From the IMG/VR virus record IMGVR_UViG_3300022777_000031, positions 10,204-74,203 of that record: a stretch of DNA of 64,000 bases; one strand, 5' to 3'. The stretch is from a virus. Positions 1-6,339 of the stretch are shown here, piece by piece. How positions within the stretch are numbered: position 1 is the stretch's first letter; each line of letters begins with the position of its first letter. Both the position numbers and the translations under genes were made by a program. The notes below the pieces were generated by a model. It was given only the letters and a program-made list of their open reading frames with translations. It was not told the origin of the DNA and made no database searches.

Positions 1-767
1 CCACCACAGCGCTCAATGAAGTCGTGGTCAAGGTACTCTTCAAGTTCAGCCATGACGCGATCCTTTCCGAACTCGTCGAACAGAAGCTGCTTGTAGCGAC
101 CGCCCTTGATTGAATGGAAGTCCTCTTCCATTTGCTGAACGCTTACGGCACGCTCGGCAGATCCAATCGTTTCCCGGCCGTGAACAATCAAGTCAACCTT
201 TCGATACCGATCTGAGTCCAACGGTTCTCCCCTCATGTTCCAGAACGGATTGCTTCGCTTCGGAAAGTTTTTGAGCGCAACCATTTTCCCATAATCTTCT
301 TTCATCTTGTTCTCTTCGGCTGGCTCAATGAGATTCGTGTCGTAGTTCCTGCACGCTCTTTCGTATTCAAGCTCGACGCCCTCGAAGTCGAATCCAAGGT
401 GCTCCATCGCTTCAAACTCAAGCTCAATGAGGTCTTCCATGCTTCCGTGAGTTTCAAACTCAAACATTGGGAACACTTTGTCGTGGCGCCCCTCAATCGG
501 ATTCGGCTCGTCGCGGTAAGAGGTTGTTATACAGAAAAACCCTTCTGCGTCTGGATTGCGCAGAAGGTAATCCTCCAATCTCATCTGTCCTGTCTGTGGC
601 AGCGGCCACTTTGCCCCATCAAACTCAGCGGTGACGACCGTTTCGGGGTCTTCACAAGCCGCCAAGATCGTGACTTGCGATTGAGTGGGAACTTCAATGA
701 AGCCTTTGTCAAGGAAAAACTCGCGAAGGTTCTGAACGATATAGTTGTAGTGTTTTGCGTTGTCCAT
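1..767 (-). CDS. Class II aminoacyl-tRNA synthetase-like catalytic core (AsnRS/AsnA-like) lacking an anticodon-binding domain; 3' end runs off the window
   Basis: Not in the ORF track. Manual translation from ATG 767: MDNAKHYNYIVQNLREFFLDKGFIEVPTQ..ILAACEDP..WPLPQTGQM..TTSYRDEPNPIEGRH..FPMFEFE..KVDLIVHGRETIGSAER..IERCG(G). This matches class II motifs 1, 2 and the start of motif 3. Confidence 0.75.
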   Translation of the reverse strand, partial: MDNAKHYNYIVQNLREFFLDKGFIEVPTQSQVTILAACEDPETVVTAEFDGAKWPLPQTGQMRLEDYLLRNPDAEGFFCITTSYRDEPNPIEGRHDKVFPMFEFETHGSMEDLIELEFEAMEHLGFDFEGVELEYERACRNYDTNLIEPAEENKMKEDYGKMVALKNFPKRSNPFWNMRGEPLDSDRYRKVDLIVHGRETIGSAERAVSVQQMEEDFHSIKGGRYKQLLFDEFGKDRVMAELEEYLDHDFIERCG

Positions 768-869
768 ATGCTTTGGTTTTTATAGATTCATGAAACTTTC
801 GTCGGGTAGGCGTAAAAAAAGGGATCACGACCCCGAACGCTATGTATAAACGCATAACGACACGTTCGG

Positions 870-1076
870 ATGAAAATAGAGGCAGATGGAAAAATCACGT
901 TAGGCGAAGGCTCTGACTTGCTAGAAGAATGGGAAACCTCCACGAAGGCTTGGGCGGCCGATCGCTTCAAGCCTCACGAGTTGACCTACATGGATAAGAA
1001 TATCAGCGGAAAGTGGACAGAAATCCACTTTCGTTGCGCACAAGTTTCCAGACAAGAAACTTCAATATCACTGTGA
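870..1076 (+). CDS. Hypothetical protein
   Basis: 68-aa ORF, GTGA-coupled to the next ORF. Confidence 0.5.
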   Translation: MKIEADGKITLGEGSDLLEEWETSTKAWAADRFKPHELTYMDKNISGKWTEIHFRCAQVSRQETSISL

Positions 1077-1321
1077 CCTTGCTTTGCAAGCACGAACTTG
1101 AATACATGAAGTCCAATCGAACTTCGAAGCTGTTCGGAGAAAAAATCAAAAGACCAGTCGATATTGGTTACGAAAGCGAAAGCGAAGCTTCTTCTGTTTC
1201 AGCCGCCGAAATCGGCGTTCTTCTTCAATCCGACGAAACACGGGTAGATTATCTCATTGAGCCGAAGTCAAAGCTAATCGATAACTCTGAACTTTACTTT
1301 CACCACTGGCCGAATCCATGA
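1073..1321 (+). CDS. Hypothetical protein, LxxHExxY family
   Basis: GTG start overlapping the previous TGA; N-terminus LLCKHELEYMKSNR. Confidence 0.55.
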   Translation: MTLLCKHELEYMKSNRTSKLFGEKIKRPVDIGYESESEASSVSAAEIGVLLQSDETRVDYLIEPKSKLIDNSELYFHHWPNP

Positions 1322-1527
1322 GTCTTCTGCACTCACATGAATGGGACTACATCCAAAAACGAACTCACAGGGCATTTACTGTAAATCACATAGAGTTCAA
1401 AATAGGAAACTCCCACTTATATTACTTCGCGAACTCAGCAGATCGAAAGAAACGTATAGTAAATCCGGATTCGGTTGAATCACTGGACGTGAACTTTCAC
1501 GCAAAATACAAAGTTATGTGGACATGA
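1318..1527 (+). CDS. Hypothetical protein, LxxHExxY family
   Basis: ATGA-coupled; N-terminus LLHSHEWDYIQKR. Confidence 0.55.
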   Translation: MSLLHSHEWDYIQKRTHRAFTVNHIEFKIGNSHLYYFANSADRKKRIVNPDSVESLDVNFHAKYKVMWT

Positions 1528-2315
1528 ACAAATACAAGAGCTACGAACAGGCAAGCGAACAAGTGCTTCCCGAAGGGCTTCCTATCATCGCTCGTCTGGA
1601 TGGCAACAACTTTTCTGAACTGACCGACGACCACTTTCACAAGCCATTTGATGAAGACTTCGAATGGATCATGAACATGGCCGCGAAGTCGGTGATGCAG
1701 TACTGCACGAATGCTACCCTTGCCTACATTCAGAGCGACGAGATCAATCTTCTCATTCCACCGAAGGGGGATCCGTTTCTCGCAAACCGCACACAAAAGC
1801 TATCGTCGCTTCTGGCAGGACATTGCTCGTCGAGCTTCACGAACCGATTTGGAAATCCTGCCGCTTTTGACTGCAGGGTGTTCGTCATGCCTGAAAACGA
1901 AGTGCTTGGATACTTCAACTGGCGACAGGAAACCGCTTGGAGCAATTGCCTTCACTCCACGGCGTATTACGAGTTGGCGGATGAAGCAAGCAAAGACTTC
2001 GCCCAAGAGCGGCTGAAAGGCGCTGACAACTCCGAGAAGCAAGAAATCCTCTTCAACCGCTTCGGGATCAATGCCAACGACATTCCGACTCACCGAAAGA
2101 GAGGTCGGTGCTTGCGTCGAGAAAAGAAAGAATACGACATCGAAGAGTGGGTTGGCGAAGACGAGTTCGAGAGGCTGAAAGAGAAAGGATACGCCGAAGA
2201 GAGGCAAGTCGTCGAGAGAAAAGAGCTGGAGCTTGACAACAAAATCCCACTCTTCTCGAAGAACCGGAGATACATCGATTACGCGATTCGAGAACCAATC
2301 CCCCCCGTGGCGTAA
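1524..2315 (+). CDS. thg1: tRNA(His) guanylyltransferase / 3'-5' polymerase (Thg1 family)
   Basis: Motifs IIARLDGNNFS, YIQSDEINLL, FDCRVF and YFNWRQ..AWSN; start 1524 overlaps the previous stop. Confidence 0.92.
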   Translation: MNKYKSYEQASEQVLPEGLPIIARLDGNNFSELTDDHFHKPFDEDFEWIMNMAAKSVMQYCTNATLAYIQSDEINLLIPPKGDPFLANRTQKLSSLLAGHCSSSFTNRFGNPAAFDCRVFVMPENEVLGYFNWRQETAWSNCLHSTAYYELADEASKDFAQERLKGADNSEKQEILFNRFGINANDIPTHRKRGRCLRREKKEYDIEEWVGEDEFERLKEKGYAEERQVVERKELELDNKIPLFSKNRRYIDYAIREPIPPVA

Positions 2316-2566
2316 TGGATCTTTTGATGAACCACGAGAAAGAATACATCACGAAAAGAAACGGCACCGAAACGTTTGTCACAAAACCTCACGAAACCGA
2401 TGCCAGAGTCTTTGAGGTTGGCGGCATCGGAAATGAGTCAAGTGTGAACGAAAAGTTTGTTTGGGGCGGCTACGAGGCCGCGGTTGACAGCGCGAAAAAG
2501 TATTTGGTTGAGCCGGTGCCGGATCCGATGGCCGATAAGGGGCGTTGGCGCCTCACGTGGATGTGA
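2315..2566 (+). CDS. Hypothetical protein, LxxHExxY family
   Basis: N-terminus LLMNHEKEYITKR; coupled to the thg1 stop. Confidence 0.6.
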   Translation: MDLLMNHEKEYITKRNGTETFVTKPHETDARVFEVGGIGNESSVNEKFVWGGYEAAVDSAKKYLVEPVPDPMADKGRWRLTWM

Positions 2567-2599
2567 CGCCTGCTCGTCGCTCTGCTTCGCTTTCTTATA

Positions 2600-2703
2600 C
2601 TTATAACTGCGTGATACGGCACGCATTTCGTTCGAGATTTCGAAAAGAACCTGCTTCGGCGGTGCCGTATCATCGTCGCAAGTGGGTTCTTTTTTTATGA
2701 CAC
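2600..2703 (+). promoter_or_regulatory. Structured leader A of a GIY-YIG gene (interlocked P1 helix plus terminator)
   Basis: TATAAC box, then TGATACGGCAC 2612-2622 / GTGCCGTATCA 2662-2672, and AAAAGAACCTGCTT 2643-2656 / AAGTGGGTTCTTTT 2680-2693 followed by a T tract. Confidence 0.7.
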
Positions 2704-2711
2704 AAGTTCTG

Positions 2712-3398
2712 ATGTCAGATAATAGATTTTACCTATACGGCCTATTTTACGAGAATGATCAAAATGAGAGTATATGTTTCTATATCGGAAAGGGAATCGG
2801 GTATAGAATAGATGAACATTTTACGTCTCCGAGAAAAGGAAACAACACATATAAGGATAACAAAATAGAAAAGTTAAAAAACAAAGGAAAAACACCCTTT
2901 GGAGTAAAGCTAGTTGAAAATCTTACTAACAAAGAAGCCTTACATTTAGAACAGAAAATACTTCGCAGAGATAAAGTGTTTTCTGAAGTAACGAACCTTA
3001 CAAGAGGGGGAGAAGGTTTAGCTGGATACAAACACAGTGAAGAAACAAAGCTTCAGATGAGTAAAAGTAGAAGTGGAGAAGATCATCACTTCTATGGAAA
3101 AGAAAGATCTGCAGACTTCAAGGAAAAACTTTCAGAAACGATGAAGGGAAAGAGAACCGAAGAAAATCACCCTTTATGGAATGAAGAAGTTAGTGAAGAA
3201 AGAAGGAACAAAATATCGGAAAATGCGAGTGGTGAGCAAAACGGAAACTCCAACCTGTCTCGTATTGAAGCTAAACAAATAAAAAACCTAGCGAAGGAAG
3301 GTAAAAAAACTCAAAAGAAAATAGCTCGCGAGTTTGGTATTAGTCCTTCGCATGTAAGCGACATCAAGCGAGGGCGCAGGTGGTCGTGCCTTGAGTAG
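2712..3398 (+). CDS. Free-standing GIY-YIG (LEM-3-like) homing endonuclease with NUMOD3 repeats and C-terminal HTH
   Basis: FYLYGLFY..CFYIGKGIGYRIDEH, E..LHLEQ..TNLTRGGEG, GYKHSEETKLQMS; AT-rich; alternative start 2697. Confidence 0.85.
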   Translation: MSDNRFYLYGLFYENDQNESICFYIGKGIGYRIDEHFTSPRKGNNTYKDNKIEKLKNKGKTPFGVKLVENLTNKEALHLEQKILRRDKVFSEVTNLTRGGEGLAGYKHSEETKLQMSKSRSGEDHHFYGKERSADFKEKLSETMKGKRTEENHPLWNEEVSEERRNKISENASGEQNGNSNLSRIEAKQIKNLAKEGKKTQKKIAREFGISPSHVSDIKRGRRWSCLE

Positions 3399-3418
3399 CT
3401 ATCGCTACTCATTTCGTT

Positions 3419-4240
3419 TCATTGCTTACGAGACTTGTACTTCAGCCCAACGTCAAGCCGGTCGGTAAGCTGAACGACGACGCACCCCCGATCAAGGGAA
3501 AGGTAAGTGCGGTAGGCGTCTTCGGGAAAGGCTGACTGAATGGGATCGGTTTGCTGAATCCCCGGAAACTCGAATTTTCGTTTCTCCCGTTCAAGCAGTC
3601 CTTCTTCCATTGCCGCATGTTTCCAGCGGTGAATCGTCGCTTTGCTTCGATCAAACCGACCTGCGAGAAATGAAACGCTCAAATCATTTGGCGAATGCGT
3701 TTCTCCGTGTCCTGGCTTATAGAAATGCCGAGCACTGCCCGTTGATGTGTGCGTCGCATTTTTTCGCACTAAGGCAAACTGGCGATTCGCTATGATTTTC
3801 CCAACAGAGACGGAGAAAAGCACCGCTTTCATTTTGCGTTTCGACTCCACGCAGAACGGCACTCCGATTTGATGAACAGTTGAAGACTCGACGCCCACTT
3901 GGTTCAGAAGGTAAGAGAAGGATCGCACGTAAAGGCGATCTCCATCTGTCCCGAGCCAACCGAGTTCAAACAGTCTTCGGATCTTCCGCTCGGCGGTCCG
4001 GCGAGTCTTCCAACCGCACAACCCACGGAGGCTGTCCTTCAAGTCGGGCGTTACCTCAAAATATGCGCCGTTGCCGTCGGCCACGCACTTGAGAGCAAGC
4101 AAGACTCGAAACTCGTCTGCAAGCCCTTGGCGCAGCACTTCTTCGGCCAGGCGGGTGTTTATGTTGAGGTAGCGGTTGTTCATTGCGCTTTTTATATAGC
4201 CACCGGATACCCCAAAATATGCCCGCCTGGCCGATTTCAT
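3419..4240 (-). CDS. Putative HTH DNA-binding protein (possibly replication-related)
   Basis: 273-aa basic ORF; HTH-like LSVSFLAGRFDRSKATIHRWKHAAMEEGLL. Confidence 0.55.
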   Translation of the reverse strand: MKSARRAYFGVSGGYIKSAMNNRYLNINTRLAEEVLRQGLADEFRVLLALKCVADGNGAYFEVTPDLKDSLRGLCGWKTRRTAERKIRRLFELGWLGTDGDRLYVRSFSYLLNQVGVESSTVHQIGVPFCVESKRKMKAVLFSVSVGKIIANRQFALVRKNATHTSTGSARHFYKPGHGETHSPNDLSVSFLAGRFDRSKATIHRWKHAAMEEGLLEREKRKFEFPGIQQTDPIQSAFPEDAYRTYLSLDRGCVVVQLTDRLDVGLKYKSRKQ

Positions 4241-4298
4241 CTCGGTTTCAGCGCTTCATAGACTCTTGACATACTCTTCGGGGCTTCTTCACAGATGA

Positions 4299-4330
4299 AA
4301 GCGAACTTTTCTCAATCTGAGCTATATAAT
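4299..4330 (+). promoter_or_regulatory. Promoter-like motif, copy 1 (AAGCGAACTTTTnTCAAnnTGAnCTATA)
   Basis: 24/28 identical to 4967-4994; followed by TATAAT. Confidence 0.55.
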
Positions 4331-4355
4331 ATGATCCAAAATATGAAAGATTACT

Positions 4356-4940
4356 ATGATTTACGCTTTAGTCAAAGATGAGCCGAAGTATGTGGGACGA
4401 ACAACCCGCTATTTATCTGGACGACTTTCGCAATACAGATATAACGTTCGGAATAAACGAGTAAAAACGACTGCAGGACAATGGATGGAAACGTTTGAAG
4501 ATATGAGTGAAGTTGATATTGTTTTGCTTGAAGAAGATCCCGACGACGAATAGACAGCCGAGTTGTGGTGGATGGATTACCTTGAATACCTTGGTGCTGA
4601 CCTTGTAAATGAGTATAGACATAGGTTCGGAAACACAGTGGAAAAGTCAGATGGTTGGGATGTGCCCGAAGAGGCGAAACAGATGATGGGGGAGATTTCG
4701 GATAAAAAGGTTGCTGAAAATCACGACGTGAGTGATGCGACGGTGAATAGACATAGGAACAGACTGAACATCGATCCGGCTTATCAGCCCGCCAAAGGTT
4801 ATGATATTCCGAAAGGGTGTATTGAGCAGCTTGGGGAAGAAAAAGATGAAACGCTCGCCGAGCGATATGGCGTTGGGGTAAGACTTGTGAAACACCACCG
4901 ACAAAAAAGAGAGATCAGTTCCTTCAACAGTAGTTCATAG
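4356..4940 (+). pseudogene. GIY-YIG endonuclease with two C-terminal HTH repeats, split by an in-frame TAG (4551-4553)
   Basis: MIYAL..KYVGRTT..RLSQY and LLEEDPDDE*TAELWWMDYLEYLGADLVN read as one continuous GIY-YIG domain. Confidence 0.75.
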
Positions 4941-4966
4941 TCTTTTTTCTCTTTCTTCATAGAGTG

Positions 4967-4996
4967 AAGCGAACTTTTTTCAACTTGACCTATACC
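4967..4996 (+). promoter_or_regulatory. Promoter-like motif, copy 2
   Basis: Near-identical to 4299-4326; no credible ORF follows. Confidence 0.5.
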
Positions 4997-5000
4997 TAGT

Positions 5001-5200
5001 AGTGCGTCTAATGATAGAGTAAACTCGCCTGATGACAGGCGCATAAAGTTGGTTACGATTGACATATCATGCGGATCGGCGCAAGTGCGTGGTTAAGAGC
5101 GTACACATCAACGCTAACCGATTCGCGCCAATAAAAGGGCAAAACACTTTCAAGTATTCCCTGCACCTCTGCTTGAAAGCTTAAAGCCCCATGACGTAGA
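5001..5200 (+). ncRNA. Candidate structured non-coding RNA
   Basis: ORF-less region between a promoter-like motif and a terminator; nested stems GGCGC/GCGCC, GGTT/AACC, AGCGT/ACGCT, GGGC/GCCC, CTTTCAAG/CTTGAAAG. Confidence 0.3.
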
Positions 5201-5235
5201 AAAAGGACGGCTGCTCGTCGGCGGCCGTCCTTTTC
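5200..5235. terminator. Bidirectional intrinsic terminator
   Basis: AAAAGGACGGC...GCCGTCCTTTT with A and T tracts, between convergent units. Confidence 0.75.
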
Positions 5236-5244
5236 GTGTTTGTG

Positions 5245-5469
5245 TCAGTTTTGGCGCTCCATGATGCGTTCGATGATTCCGGCCATAACGCTTTGCTGTT
5301 CGATGTCCTCGACCTCAAAGCCTTTGTTGATTTGGTCGCTGATTACCTTTTTCTGGCGAACGAGATCAAACATTTCCCGATCAATCGTGTCGTTGGCGAG
5401 CAGGAAGTAGACGTTCACCGAGTTCTCTTGCCCGAAGCGGTGAGTCCGGTCTTCGGCTTGCTCAATCTC
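5245..5469 (-). pseudogene. Orphaned second copy of the SNF2 helicase 3' end (74 codons plus TGA, no start)
   Basis: Translates EIEQAEDRTHRFGQENSVNVYFLLANDTIDREMFDLVRQKKVISDQINKGFEVEDIEQQSVMAGIIERIMERQN; 43/74 identical (hand count) to the last 75 aa of 6335-9136. Confidence 0.9.
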
Positions 5470-5470
5470 C

Positions 5471-6211
5471 CTATATCATTTTTTTAGTGATTTCATCCGG
5501 CGGTTTTGATTTTCCTTTTACTGACTTTCTTTCCTTTCTGTCTGCCAATCTATAACAATAGCTACGTGATATGCCATAAAGGTCTGCTATGTTTTTTACT
5601 AGCGTTTCGTTGTCGTATAGCCATCTGATTTCCTTTACGTCTTGGTCGGTTGTTTTTCTTGACCTTGTTTTTTTGTATATGGCTGACTTTTTTTCTTCAT
5701 AGTTTTCATACTTTTTACCTTCATACCACTCGGGTTTAGTTTTTCCATCAACGTGTTCCCATGTCTTTCTTTTGTGTATGTTTAACACTCCGTCTACTCC
5801 ATATTTTTCTTGAAGCGATTTTGATTTCATATCCGAGTGTTCAACCAACCATCGTATTTCTCTTACGTCTTTTCTATTCAACTTGCTTAGATGTTGATTT
5901 TCACCTTTGGCTACAGTTCTTTTTTCGTCTTCCATAATCTGGTTAGTAAGATTTTCTATACCGATTTCTTTTATAAGCTTTGTTTCTTTTCTTATGGCTT
6001 CGGATTCGGTAAGGTTTGTGATTATTTTTTTGGCGTAAGGTTGTTTACCGTTTCTTCGGAGTTTTTTGATTTTTCTTCTCTTATGTGTGTTTTCTACTTC
6101 TTGTCTTTCATATTTGTATAGGTGTTCGTTAAGCCTATATTTTGTTCCTTTTCCTATATAAAAACATATTTCATTTCCGTAAAAAAGTCCATATACATAA
6201 TAATCATTCAT
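5471..6211 (-). CDS. Free-standing GIY-YIG (LEM-3-like) homing endonuclease with tandem HTH-like modules
   Basis: YYVYGLFY..CFYIGKGTKYRLNEH..ESEAIRKETKLI..LTN; paralog of 2712 and 29139; AT-rich. Confidence 0.85.
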   Translation of the reverse strand: MNDYYVYGLFYGNEICFYIGKGTKYRLNEHLYKYERQEVENTHKRRKIKKLRRNGKQPYAKKIITNLTESEAIRKETKLIKEIGIENLTNQIMEDEKRTVAKGENQHLSKLNRKDVREIRWLVEHSDMKSKSLQEKYGVDGVLNIHKRKTWEHVDGKTKPEWYEGKKYENYEEKKSAIYKKTRSRKTTDQDVKEIRWLYDNETLVKNIADLYGISRSYCYRLADRKERKSVKGKSKPPDEITKKMI

Positions 6212-6339
6212 TGGTCCGGTTTCAACCTAGAGTTCCAGTAAAAAAGCCTGCTTGCCGTAGCACCGGACCAGGGCGATTTAGCAAGCAGGCTCTTGTTGCG
6301 TTTCGTAAGTGATTTTTGGTCCGGTGTCACATCATTATA
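6212..6339 (-). promoter_or_regulatory. Structured leader B (promoter, P1 helix, terminator, anti-RBS)
   Basis: Minus strand: TATAAT 6339-6334; CACCGGACCA 6326-6317 / TGGTCCGGTG 6270-6261; AGCCTGCTTGC 6291-6281 / GCAAGCAGGCT 6255-6245 plus T tract; ACCGGACCA repeated directly before ATG 6211. Confidence 0.75.

Noticed and set aside
5026-5042. Hammerhead ribozyme core (CTGATGA)
   Set aside because: It lies in a simple CGCCTG/CAGGCG hairpin with no downstream GAAA or three-way junction.
5236-5487. 83-aa plus-strand ORF in the track
   Set aside because: It is the antisense shadow of the helicase remnant.
5440-6326. RNA-guided targeting: leader B contains ACCGGAC, which also occurs in the orphan helicase tail ~20 nt from the junction
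   Set aside because: The match is only 7 nt, and equivalent matches for leaders A and C are 5-6 nt and unconvincing. GIY-YIG enzymes with NUMOD/HTH modules recognise DNA by protein contacts. Worth one control in a cleavage assay, but not claimed.
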